Below, in pieces: positions 1 to 12,583 of a DNA stretch of 64,000 nt; within the stretch, counting starts at the first letter, position 1; every line of letters begins with the position of its first letter. The position numbers were made by a program, and so were the translations under genes. The DNA is from Eledone cirrhosa (Eukaryota), in assembly GCA_964016885.1 (NCBI GenBank), contig OZ024749.1:50716001-50780000 (forward strand). The letters run 5' to 3'. The notes beneath the pieces were generated by a model. It did no database searches. It was not told where the DNA came from and saw only the letters and a list, made by a program, of their open reading frames with translations.

Positions 1-552
1 GTTCTAGATTTGTACATATATTCAATAAGTATTTTGAACAGAATTTACTTTCTTGAAACATTTTATGAGAAAAAAATGGACAATTAAGAAAAAGAAAAAA
101 TTCCTCGAATTATAATATCTACGTTTATCTTAATTTCGTCCGTTATAAATCATTATTTTTCTAACTAATTAGGTGATCTATCGATACTTGACGTGTTGGA
201 AAAATATTTCTTACAAAATCACATCAATAATAGTTTAAAAGAAATCAAACTTGTATACGTGATTGTACGAATGTTGGACTACGTCTTTGTTGAAGGGAAG
301 GTGGATGACGTATGTGATGAAGTGTGTCTTAGGCACAGATACACAAACAATTATGTCTTTATATATATACACATACATACACATATACATACACACATAC
401 ATAAATTGATATCTGATCATATATATACACATTTACATGCATACACTTTCATATGTATGTATATATGTGTGTGTGAGCCTTTGTGTTTTAGCGTTTGCGC
501 GTGTCTTTGTGAATGATTCTGTATGCTTACGTGTGTATATACATATATATAC

Positions 553-631
<79 letters not shown>

Positions 632-668
632 GTATATGCATATATATATATATATATATGTATGTATA

Positions 669-725
<57 letters not shown>

Positions 726-751
726 ATGTGTGTATGTATACATATATATAT

Positions 752-795
<44 letters not shown>

Positions 796-839
796 ATACA
801 TACATATACACATATATATACATATATATACGTACATTC

Positions 840-870
<31 letters not shown>

Positions 871-919
871 CTTCTAATACTACCTCATTACACACACGTA
901 TATATGTATACATACATAT

Positions 920-950
<31 letters not shown>

Positions 951-1040
951 AATGCATACATATACATACATATACTTCTAATATTACGTCATTACACACA
1001 CGTGTATATGTATATATTATATATATATTATATTTGTGTC

Positions 1041-1091
<51 letters not shown>

Positions 1092-1371
1092 TGTAGTGAG
1101 TCCGTGTGTGTGTATGTGTGTGTATGTGTGTGTGTCTGTGTGTGTGTCAGTGTGCGAGTGTGCATCATACTAAACACCCCATTATTATACTAGGATAATT
1201 GAAGAAGACACAATATACGTGTGTTTGTTATTTTTTTTGTTTATCTTATTTTGTATAAATGTCTATTGTTTTCTTTCTCACACTCTTGTTATTGTTTTGA
1301 TGTGTGTGTGTTTTTGGCTAAATAGATTTATTTCCATCAATATACTGAGCCAGTGTTTGTTTCGTATTATA

Positions 1372-1416
<45 letters not shown>

Positions 1417-1423
1417 ATCCATA

Positions 1424-1496
<73 letters not shown>

Positions 1497-1519
1497 ATGT
1501 ATCCATATATATATATATA

Positions 1520-1581
<62 letters not shown>

Positions 1582-1641
1582 TATATATATGAGTGTATAA
1601 ATATATATATATGTATAAAAATATATAATGTATATATATAT

Positions 1642-1679
<38 letters not shown>

Positions 1680-2081
1680 GTATAACGGCTGGTTTGCTAT
1701 ACTAGATATCTTAAGCATAATAGTATAACTTGTGAATTGAAAAAACTACAATTATTTTTGTTTAAAATGTTGAATAGACGGAGGGCCATTCGATCAAATA
1801 TCTTTCCAAATATATAATCATATATATGTTTTTCTGTATCACACGGTATATTTTGTTTATGTAATCTCTGTCTCTCTCCCTCTCTTTCTCTCTCTCGCTA
1901 TCTATCTATCTATCTCTCTCTCTATCTATATATATATCTCTCTATCTATCTATCTATCTATCTTTCTATCAATCTATCTCTCCCTCCCTCTCTCTCTCTT
2001 TCTCTCTCAATCAATATATCTATCTATCTCTCTCACTCTCTCTCTCTATCTATCTATCTACCTATCTATCTTTCTATCTAC

Positions 2082-2114
<33 letters not shown>

Positions 2115-2253
2115 CCTTTTTACAACGTTTGAATGTGTTTTACAGAAGATTTGACTGCTGTTCCCAGGAGTTCGTTCACTGATTGGTTTCCTGTGTAGAT
2201 GAATTCATGGCTATTTTTTTTGTTTAGTCCGCCTCATCATTTCGTTTTTAATG

Positions 2254-2620
2254 ATCTGAGTTCAAATCCCGCCGAGGTTAGTTTTTCCTTTCATCCTTAC
2301 GGGGTCGATAAAATAAAGTACCAGTCACGCACTGGGGTCGATTTGATCGACTTTCCCCTCCCAAAAAATTGCTGGCCTTGTGCCTATATAAGAAGCGATT
2401 ATTATCATTATTATAAGGGCAGTGAATTGGCAGTATTGGGGGAGGGTCGGACGACATGCTTTCCAGCATACTTACGTCCCTTTACGGACTGAGTTCAAAT
2501 CCCGTCGAGGGTAACTTTGCCTTTCATCCCTACGGGGTCGATAACATGAAGTACCAGTAATGTACTGGGCAATTGCTGGCCTTGTGCCAAAAGTAGAAAC
2601 AATTATTATTATTATTATTA
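2254..2620 (+). mobile_element. tRNA-derived SINE family 1, two head-to-tail copies (first is 5'-truncated)
   Basis: B-box-like GAGTTCAAATCCC, conserved body (g)cctttcatccttacggggtcgataaaataaagtaccagt, tail ttgctggccttgtgcc...gaaacaattattatt; the same sequence recurs >15 times in the window. Confidence 0.85.
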
Positions 2621-3210
2621 AATTCCCATCCTAATATTACTGTTTCATTTCGCTACTAGTATTACTAATACTAGAAAACAATGTAAATTACTGAATTGTA
2701 GTAACTAGCTCAAACATATATCATAAACGTCAAAGTAAATAGTATGTTATTTAACTATAGCAATGTAGTTGCTATGACAGTTATAACTGTAACCAACACT
2801 AATCTTGCTAGTATGATTCATAAAACAACAGTCAGCTATATTTGATTGATTTGTTTGTATTTTCATCGTTTTAATTTCTGTCTGTGACCATATTTTTTTT
2901 ATATTTAATCTATAGATATATATCTCAATCAAACTACTAAATTATTTAATAACTATATTTAAAAAACAAATATTTAAAATAAATCTAGAGGAAAGTTATA
3001 TTCATCATACAAATAATTATTATTTTGGTAGCTGGTGTTGTATTCATTTAACCCTGTCACGCAGAAATATGATCACAAAGATTCCCAGGCGTGGTCATGT
3101 CACACATTCTATTATGGATAATAATATTTCAACATTTCTACAGTTTCTTATGTTTTCGTTTTGGGGGTTTTTTTTAAATTTAAATGGGGATGTTTTTTTT
3201 GTATGTGATT

Positions 3211-3409
3211 TAACTGCCTTTTTTAGCAGGTCGTCCAAACTCAAGAGTTATAAGTTTATATATATCATTGAGCACTTGCCACACATCTCGGAGGTTGTTT
3301 TTCGTTATTTCGTTGGCCGTAATGCGATTCTCGATAATTTATATTTATATATCTATATATATATATATAGTATTCCTCCATGAGTTAGTTCGACCTGCTA
3401 AAAAAGCAG

Positions 3410-3412
<3 letters not shown>
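3211..3412. repeat. ~32-bp inverted repeat pair (3211-3243 / 3381-3412) enclosing a family E fragment
   Basis: taactgccttttttagcaggtcgtccaaactca vs tgagttagttcgacctgctaaaaaagcagtta; the inner gcgattctcgataatttatattt recurs at ~34330 and (minus) ~50560-50590. Confidence 0.7.
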
Positions 3413-3440
<28 letters not shown>

Positions 3441-3443
<3 letters not shown>

Positions 3444-3636
3444 CGAAGGAGTTGTGGTAAGGAACCAGATGGACCATAACGCACCAGAGTACTCAATACT
3501 TAGGGTAGTAGAGTGGGTAATAGGAAAATGTTTGACCCTGAAGGCAGAGCTCAAGCCGTTTCGACGGCAATTTCTGAGTCCAGAAATAGCCGTCGAAATG
3601 GCTTGAGCTCTGCCGTCGGGGTCAAACATTTTCCTA
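3441..3636 (+). mobile_element. (TA)n-embedded head+hairpin element, family A (complete)
   Basis: Head taacgaagg..gtggtaaggaaccag.tggaccataacgcacca.agtactcaatacttagggtagtagagtgggtaa followed by a ~55-bp-arm inverted repeat at 3521-3636; (TA)n on both sides. Confidence 0.85.
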
Positions 3637-3684
3637 TATATATATATATACAGCCTCCTGGCACTTTATTCAATAATTATTTAT

Positions 3685-3721
<37 letters not shown>

Positions 3722-3799
3722 ATGACAGCAACACCAAGAGCTATAACCATTACATGACTTCAATCGAGATGAATGTTTCTCCTGTGCATTATTAGCTAC

Positions 3800-3990
3800 G
3801 GTGGATTGGCAGTATTGGGAGAGGGTCGGACGCCATGTTTTGACGTATAGAGTTACGGCCCTTGCCATTCTGAGTTCAAATCCCGCCGAGGTTAACTTTG
3901 CCTTTCATCCTTACGGGGTCGATAAAATAAAGTACCAGTAATGCACTGGGAAATTGCTGGCCTTGTGCCTAACGTAGAAACAATTATTAG
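3800..3990 (+). mobile_element. SINE family 1 copy
   Basis: ggtggattggcagtatt head, gagttcaaatcccgccgagg, conserved body and tail. Confidence 0.85.
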
Positions 3991-4342
3991 CTACGATGTG
4001 TTTACTAGACGTTCTTAAGTGCAACCAACAGGCCTTAAGATAAACACACTGTGATAAATTTCAACAAAGACTAATACAATATTTTCATTTCTGCTTTATA
4101 TTTGATATGTCTGTCTTCCTGGAGGTTTTCTCCGAGCAGTAACGTATTCAGACTCTCACTCTCAGCAAGAAGCCAATATTTGAATGTCACTTACTATATT
4201 CTAAGGGCAGTTCTGCCACACTGAAGTATGTGATTGGGCAACACTTATATAATATAAAGACCTGTAGCTGAAGTAACGTCTGCAATCCTTATCAACGTGT
4301 TCGTTTCATCGATTACGTGCCCCTTCCATCAGACTTTCATCG

Positions 4343-4527
4343 TATGGCAGTATCGGTAGAGGGTCGCACGCCATGCTTGTAGCATAGAGTTACGGCCCTT
4401 TATGATCTGAGTTCAAATCCCACCGTGGTTAACTTTGCCGTGCATCCTTACGGGGTCGATAAAATGAAGTACCAGTAATGCACTGAGATAATTTCTGGCC
4501 TTGTGCCAAAAAGTCGAAACAATTATT
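4343..4527 (+). mobile_element. SINE family 1 copy (extra tail fragment at ~4650-4692)
   Basis: Same head, B-box, body and tail as the other family 1 copies. Confidence 0.8.
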
Positions 4528-4884
4528 TATTTATCTGTTGGGTTTTTTTAATGCCGTTAATGAAGGGCATCGATATAATAGGGGTTTTATTGAGATTTTC
4601 GCAGTCTATCTGTGGTGTTAAACATTTACCAAATACACCGTATGAATACACTGGGATAATTGCAGGCCTTGTGCCAAAAGTAAAAACAATTATCTCGCTA
4701 TCTTAAAATAAAAGATATACATTGATAGACTACAGTTGTCCATGCTAAATTCCATCTCATATTCATTCCACTACATACGAGTGTCATATATAAAAAGCAA
4801 GAAAGAAACTCATTTAGTCATCTAGTGCATCCAGTGCTGAAACTAGTGATTCAATAGTAACTTAAATTTACACACCAATATACC

Positions 4885-4982
<98 letters not shown>

Positions 4983-4994
4983 GTATATATTTAT

Positions 4995-5599
4995 GTCAGG
5001 TCACCAGTTGGTGCTACTGGTAACATGTATCCCAGTACAACCTGTCCCATGGTTGGGTCGGTGGCGACTAAACTGGCAACCCCACCAAGGTTTCTTGGTG
5101 AGGAGGGTGACTTTGGACATCCTGCAGGACTAAAAACAAAACCTGTCAAAGGGCAAAGGATCTCTTAAGAGTCAATGGCCATCCAAAATCACCGGGAGAG
5201 ATGTCCCCTTAGCCTTTCTCAAGGCAGAATTCTAGGAGAAGGAAAACTCTGATATAACACCTGCAACTCTGATGGTATCCAATGATGTTGACTTGTCTTC
5301 TTTTTGGTAAATATCATCTTGGTTAAGAGAGTAGGACTGGCTTTGTGCAGTGCCTTTGCTCACTATAAAAGCTTCACGGCACAGGTATTGCTTTATATCT
5401 GGAGATCTCTCTGCACTTGTCGTCACATGGTACCATGTGCCCAGCACTATGTGTCAATAATTGTCACGAGTGTAGTGTTTGTACCAGAGTTTTCAAGTCG
5501 CTGGCTGGACTAAAAAGTCACACTCGTTCAGCGCATCGGTAGGGGTTCTCCTACATGGATATAAAGAAGTAGCCGTACTCGAAAACGAGTTGGCAGCCA

Positions 5600-5601
<2 letters not shown>
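4995..5601 (+). mobile_element. ~600-bp interspersed repeat (family G), possibly an RTE-5'UTR-derived non-autonomous element
   Basis: Highly similar copy on the minus strand at 63523-64000; contains ctaggagaaggaaaactctgatata, which resembles RTE-clade 5' UTRs (from memory); flanked by (TA)n. Confidence 0.7.
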
Positions 5602-5647
<46 letters not shown>

Positions 5648-5923
5648 AAATACATTATATAATTATTTTACGACAAAAGTTTGCAAAACGATATATTTTT
5701 CAATTCTCTACGCAATTACCATGTGATAAAAATAAAAAGTGTGTATGAGTCGTAATTAGTCGACTGCAAATGCGATCTAACAGTTCGACATTTCAAACTC
5801 CCCAATTAGCTTCATAAAATTAAAATTTACCGACAAAAAATAATGTGAAAATCTAATATTTGAAGGGTGAGGAGGTGAAAATGGTGTATGTATATGTATA
5901 GGTATATATGTATACATATATAT

Positions 5924-5988
<65 letters not shown>

Positions 5989-6044
5989 CGTATGTATGTA
6001 TGTGTGTGTGTGAGTGAATGTATATATATATATAGATATATATA

Positions 6045-6059
6045 TATATATACACATCT

Positions 6060-6105
<46 letters not shown>

Positions 6106-6324
6106 GTGTGTGTGTGGGTGTATTGTATATACATATATTATAAATGCGTGTATATTCATTTATATATGAACGTATTTTTCCCTGTATTTAAACATACACA
6201 TACACAATATATTATATATATATTGTGTATGTGTATGTTTAAATACATGGAAAAATACGTTCATATATAAATGCATATACACGCATTTATAATATATGCA
6301 TATACAATACACCCACACACACAC

Positions 6325-6368
<44 letters not shown>

Positions 6369-6383
6369 AGATGTGTATATATA

Positions 6384-6385
<2 letters not shown>
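6045..6385. repeat. Near-perfect fold-back palindrome, ~165-bp arms, centre ~6215
   Basis: gtgggtgtattg..aaatgcgtg..gaacgtatttttcc..tttaaacatacacatacacaata is mirrored by tattgtgtatgtgtatgtttaaa..ggaaaaatacgttc..cacgcattt..caatacacccac. Confidence 0.85.
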
Positions 6386-6437
<52 letters not shown>

Positions 6438-6447
6438 TACATATATC

Positions 6448-6518
<71 letters not shown>

Positions 6519-6522
<4 letters not shown>

Positions 6523-6684
6523 GCTTCTACATGACTAGAACTGTTTCATTCGGTAGAAATCATGATGATTTCTACCGAATGAAACAGTTCTAGTCCTGTA
6601 GCAGCCGTTATATTAATTGTTTACACTCTGCTTTGTATTGAGTACCTTACTTTCTGTGGTTACCCCGATTGAACCCGGGATAAA

Positions 6685-6688
<4 letters not shown>
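6519..6688 (-). mobile_element. (TA)n-embedded head+hairpin element, family B (strand given relative to family A layout)
   Basis: Hairpin at 6522-6606 (ggcttctacatgactagaactgtttcattcggtagaaatc / gatttctaccgaatgaaacagttctagtcctgtagcagcc); related pieces at 34791-34845 and 38441-38550; shares GTACTCAATAC with family A. Confidence 0.75.
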
Positions 6689-6723
<35 letters not shown>

Positions 6724-6829
6724 TTTGTGGAATTAGTTTCGTCTAGGCAGGAAGTGAATATTTTAGTGGTGTACCAATGTTTAGACAAATCACAGAGGCA
6801 ATAAACATAAATGAATTACAACCAAAATT

Positions 6830-7204
6830 AAATAGAAAACATGAGTGGAACAGCAACATCACAACTTACAATTAAGGATAAAAAGAACACACACACGCAC
6901 ATAGAACAAACAACCAACGAGTAACATGTAAATAAACAAATAAATAAACGAATATAAACACACACAGACACCCGGATGTAACACATGCGCAAACTAAGCA
7001 CACAACACACACATAAAAACAAGATGGCGTAGGACAGAACAAAGAAGAGGCACAAAAAACAAAGAAAAGAATCCCAGTCGCTGAAGAGGTCACAGAATGT
7101 GTGACGAAAGAACTTTGACAATTTATAAACAACCATCAAATTGAAGTGAAACCAACTGGTGCCTGTGTTTCTTATTGGCAACATGACCCGCCCAAAGTAT
7201 AACA

Positions 7205-7205
<1 letters not shown>
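6830..7205 (+). mobile_element. Family D element carrying a hammerhead-like motif (Penelope-like/retrozyme remnant)
   Basis: Homologous to 50180-50512 (+) and, at the 3' end and ribozyme, to 39961-40200 (-); 3' end gacc..ccaaagtataacaat abuts (TA)n; the 5' boundary is approximate. Confidence 0.7.
7077..7119 (+). ncRNA. Type I hammerhead-ribozyme-like motif (minimal/variant helix III)
   Basis: gtcg-CTGAAGA-g-gtcac-agaatgt-gtgac-GAAA-gaac-TT-tgac; helix I gtcg/tgac, helix II gtcac/gtgac. Confidence 0.6.
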
Positions 7206-7283
<78 letters not shown>

Positions 7284-7489
7284 TACTCTATATATATATA
7301 TATATATACATATATATTGTATTGTATGTTTGTGTTGTGTATAATTTCTGATATCATTCCTCTTACATTGAAGTTTTACAATTCTGGGGACGGCAATAAA
7401 TTAAATATTTTACTTTCAAGTAATTTTAAAAACGACTCAACAAACAACTTATCATCCAATATTACTGAATCTTCCTTGTATTTCTTCTC

Positions 7490-7932
7490 TCTTTCTTTAT
7501 TTCTTTCTTTCTTTCTTTCTTTTTTTCTTTCTTTCTTTCTTTCTTCTTCTTCTTCTTCTTTTTCTTCTTCTTCTTCTTCTTCTTCTTCTTCTTCTTCTTC
7601 TTCTTTTTTCCTTTTCTTTTTCTTTCTCGTCCTCCCCTTCCTCATACTACTACTGATACTACTAATACAACTACTACTACTATTACTACTACTACTGCTA
7701 CTACTACTACTACTACTACTCATATAACTACTACCACTACTACTACTACTGATACTACTACTGATAATACTACTACTACTACTTCTACTACTACTACTAC
7801 TAATACTGCTACTACTACTACTACTACTAATACTCTACTACTACTACTACTACTTCTACTTCTACTACTATTACTACTACTACTTCTACTACTACTACTA
7901 CTTCTACTACTACTACTTCTACTACTACTATT
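7490..7932. repeat. Compound (TTTC)n/(TTC)n/(TAC)n microsatellite
   Basis: Direct reading of the sequence. Confidence 0.95.
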
Positions 7933-8389
7933 ACGTTTTACTTTAATATTTAATCAATTGATATTATACCCATAATGCAAACAAAATGTATTGGTGCTAA
8001 ATTCGGACAATTCTCTTAATCGATAATATTCTGTTAATCGATAATAATGTATCATTGAGTATCAATCTAGTAGCAATTGATTAGAAATTTAGATCTCGAT
8101 GTGAACTTATGGATATATGTTGTTTCTACAGATAATTCAGTATCCAGGATTTTAATGTTGGTTTCAATAGGTGAGCTAAGACATGAAACGAGGATCATCT
8201 CTGATTCAGGATGATCGCAGATCTGTTTCAGAAGGAATTCAAGTGACCCAGAACTTGTTTCATCAGCCTTATACTTATGTTTGTGTGACAGTTCACACCT
8301 ATGCATGTTTAGCTGGCCTCCTCCAAGGTATATCTCGTTGGAGGTGTCTTGGGTGATTTAATGATAGGGACCCCAGTCCTATCATCTCG

Positions 8390-8520
8390 TTTCTACAGCT
8401 GAGTAAACTGGAGCCACGTGAAATAAAGTGTCTTGCTCAAGGAAACAACACATCACCCTGTCGAGAATTGAACTCACAACCTTTCGATTGCATGCCCAAT
8501 GCTCTAACCACTAAGCCAGA
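8390..8520 (-). mobile_element. SINE family 2 (tRNA head + CORE-like domain), 5' part
   Basis: Reverse complement reads tggcttagtggttagagca...gtgttgtttccttgagcaagacacttt; homologous to 16753-17066. Confidence 0.75.
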
Positions 8521-8712
8521 GAAATAACAACCCAACCAGGAGCTGGACATATCGGAGTATTGATGGAGTAAAACACTTCATCAACAAGTGTACCTGTCTC
8601 TACCACACCAATTCGGACTGCCTGAAGAGGTCACCGATATATATATAGCATTACATCTTTCATAAATGAACAAATTAAGCCAGAATTTTAAATATTTGAC
8701 TTAATTATTTTA
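8521..8712 (+). mobile_element. Family C element with hammerhead-like motif (8617-8652)
   Basis: Homologous to 36517-36712; actgc-CTGAAGA-ggtcacc-GATA-tatatata-gcatt; ends in (TA)n. Confidence 0.6.
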
Positions 8713-8722
8713 TATATATATA

Positions 8723-8773
<51 letters not shown>

Positions 8774-8774
8774 C

Positions 8775-8878
<104 letters not shown>

Positions 8879-9108
8879 TATTTTCCGTTGTGTTGTAATA
8901 TAAATATTACACACAGTAGATTATCAGCTCACGTAGAGTTTGCTCGACGGTTCCAGTTGTAGTTCCAATGACAGTAAATAATAACATTGAAATATAGAAT
9001 GTCTGCATAACTAAAAGTTTGTAGATAGCAGCTGTTTTAGGTTATGTAACTGTTATAGAAACACGTGTCAATAAATTCCTTTCAACTAAACTGTATCCAT
9101 TCAAATCT

Positions 9109-9180
<72 letters not shown>

Positions 9181-9924
9181 CTTACTGATACAGAAATTTA
9201 ATTAGTTAATAATAAATGATGAAGGAAAATTATTACAGCATGAACCAAGAACAAGAATATTAAATTGAACATATATGTAGTGAATGGTAATTCGAATATG
9301 GAGTAACACAAGTTGCAACTATGATGAAATATGAAAGTAGAAAGAAATTAGCGAGATAACATTTTGATATGTTACTGAACTTCGAAACACAAAAGTTACT
9401 GGTAACTTTATTCAATTAGAGAAATAAACAATATACAGAACACGGGAAAATTTTTGAGATCTGAAACAAAGTTCACAGTAATATAATTCCTGGAAAAATG
9501 GAAAAAGATACAAAATTATATTAAAAGATGTTAAAGTTCGATTTGTGTTGGCATATCTATTTATGGTCATATTTAGTGGTTTAGAAAATAATTTGTTTAT
9601 GTATGTTATGTAAAGCTGTGTGAAAATATATAGAGAATGTATGTGATAAAGAAAACAAAGAGAGAAGGGGGAGTAACTGAGTGTAAAAGCGTCAAGAAGA
9701 TGAATTGAACAGTAGTATTAGAGAGGAACGTGTATAAGTATATATATATATAATATATATATAATATACTTATATATCTATATATATATATAAGCATATA
9801 TATATATAAGTATCCATATATATATATATATATATATATACGTCTAAATATAGATATATATACTTATATAATCTATATATATATAAGCATATATATATAT
9901 ATATATATATATAAATAAGTATAC

Positions 9925-10004
<80 letters not shown>

Positions 10005-10006
10005 GT

Positions 10007-10052
<46 letters not shown>

Positions 10053-10114
10053 GTCTAAATATATATACTTATATATCTATATATATATATAAGCATATAT
10101 ATATATATATAAGT

Positions 10115-10164
<50 letters not shown>

Positions 10165-10289
10165 ATATATATATATATATATATATAAGTCTAAAGTCTG
10201 TCTTAAGCCAGAAGGCTCATTTGGCCGGTGCTTATCCCGGTTTCATGGCGTGAAGGACGCCAGGCCATCGCAGGGTAAAACCTCCAGTT

Positions 10290-10432
10290 ATTGCTGGTAC
10301 TCATTTTTAATTGAATATACTGGAGCAACGTGAAATGAAGTGTTTTGCTCAAGAACACAACACGCAGCCCAGAAATCGAACCCCCCGATATTATGATCGT
10401 AAATCCAACACTCTTACCACTAGGCCCCGTGG
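10290..10432 (-). mobile_element. SINE family 2-related copy
   Basis: tggagcaacgtgaaatgaagtgttttgctcaagaacacaacacgc...aatcgaacc...accactaggcc (antisense tRNA-like head). Confidence 0.7.
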
Positions 10433-10448
10433 TATATTAATGCTTATA

Positions 10449-10500
<52 letters not shown>

Positions 10501-10541
10501 TATATATCTATATATATATAAGCATATATATATATATATAA

Positions 10542-10580
<39 letters not shown>

Positions 10581-10599
10581 CATATATATATATATATAA

Positions 10600-10672
<73 letters not shown>

Positions 10673-10952
10673 TTATATATATATATATACGTGCACGCTC
10701 ACAAACATATATGTGTATGTGTGCATGTTTATAGGTGCATACATCTGTATACACTCGCATACGTACTGGCACATATATGAAGAATATGTATCTGTATATA
10801 TATGTATATAAATATATATACCTACACATATGTATATGTGAGAAAGAGAGAAACAGACAGTGGGCAACGTTAGAACGGGAAACAAAAAATAGCGAAATGC
10901 ATAAAAAAAAGATATAGATAAAATAAAAAATTCCAGAAATAAAATACACATT

Positions 10953-11013
<61 letters not shown>

Positions 11014-11469
11014 CTGGAACACGTAAAACATATATATATAGAGAGAGAGAGGGGGAAGAATAAATGATGAGAGAATGTAAGAGAGAGAAAGAGAGAGAGA
11101 GAGAGAGAGGGAGAGGGAGAGGGAGAGAGAGAGAGAGAGAGAGAGATCGAAAGAGTGAAAAAGTATGAACAACATAAAATTATTCTGAAATAACCATTTA
11201 ACTTTCCTGACGCCAAAGCATTGTAGAACAACAAGCAACAAATGAAGTCATAACTCTCTGTCTGGGTTAATGTGTGATTTGAGACTGTGTTAGATAAAAC
11301 TGCTTATTACTCTTAGAAAATGGGATTTATTTCTATACTGAATATAAGCCACAAATGTTGCACTTACATTTGCTTTCGAAATGTAAAGCTAGGCTACCTG
11401 ACTAGCTCAGTTATTCTTGTAAGCTGATGGTAAAATATATGTACAATTATTCTACATGTGACGTTAAAA

Positions 11470-11960
11470 TATATATTCTATTATAAAGAATGATAACAGT
11501 TTGTTTGCCTAGTGAAAGGTTCAAATCCTTATATTAAATTCTAGAGATGTTCTGGACTTATCTTATACCTACAATCATCAGCGATTGTCCGGTTATGTAC
11601 TAAGCATGATCAATGGGATATATGGCATATATGCTCAAAGTGTTGTGCTGTTATTATCACTTCAACCATTAACTGTCTATATTTGTGTAGAATTATGTAT
11701 AGAATACCTTTACTACTAACATTTTCCTAAATAGATTAGTTATATGTGGACTGATGCAGTGCATTGAAATTGCACTTTGTAATGTTGAGTCCACCTCAGA
11801 GCTTTTTAGTTATATATATATAACATTGCTATTATTTCCCACATTAATCATCAAGGATGTATGGTGTGTGTGTTGTAATTTCCTTGTGGTGGATTACAAT
11901 TGCTACATGTTGTAACAGCTGCAATACTGCCACGTCTAACAATGCGGGAAATACAACAAT
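11470..11960 (-). pseudogene. Possible highly degraded Helitron (PIF1-like helicase) fragment
   Basis: Minus-strand pieces MVEVIITAQ../MPYIPLI../GQSLMIVGI resemble Helitron helicase C-terminal motifs (IPRIPL, QGQSL..VG); stops and frameshifts are present. Confidence 0.35.
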
Positions 11961-12022
11961 TATCAGCAACTTGTTAAAAAGAATATCTCTTCCTAACAAA
12001 TACAAATACATGTATGTATATA

Positions 12023-12107
<85 letters not shown>

Positions 12108-12193
12108 GCAAAAGTTTTATTTAAAATTGTTGGGTTACAACAAGTAAATATTTTATAACTGATATAAAGCACTCGACAAGTTTGTGGAGTAGA

Positions 12194-12507
12194 TATACGA
12201 TATTAAACAAATGGAAACTATGGAAACTATATTTATAAAACCATATTTATTTCATTATACATATTTCAGGGATACCATATTAAAAATATGGCATGCCTAA
12301 CTAAATAATTATAAACACTTCACTACCAAGGCAGCCTCCTAATTTAATGGTCGCTTATATTATGGTACGTCAAAATTATTTATAAAACTGTTTATATATT
12401 GTATTTTATCTGACGAAGGCATGCCATATTTTTAATATGGTATCCCTGAAATATGTATAATGAAATAAATATGGTTTTATAAATATAGTTTCCATTTGTT
12501 TAATATC

Positions 12508-12514
<7 letters not shown>
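12194..12514. repeat. ~100-bp inverted duplication (12194-12298 / 12417-12514) of a hammerhead-bearing element
   Basis: The left arm is the reverse complement of the right arm, including the helix II hairpin; the right arm ends in (TA)n. Confidence 0.85.
12402..12467 (+). ncRNA. Type I hammerhead ribozyme
   Basis: tattttat-CTGACGA-aggcatgccatat-tttta-atatggtatccct-GAAA-tatgta-TA-atgaaata; helix I has 8 bp with one GU pair. Confidence 0.75.
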
Positions 12515-12570
<56 letters not shown>

Positions 12571-12583
12571 TAGATACATACAT

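Noticed and set aside
2417-2510. tRNA genes at SINE heads
   Set aside because: A/B-box-like motifs run directly into repeated SINE bodies and no cloverleaf is evident.
8205-8272. Minus-strand CTGATGA...GAAAcagatctg hammerhead candidate
   Set aside because: Palindromic helix III is present, but there is no UH site and helices I and II pair poorly; at best a decayed copy.
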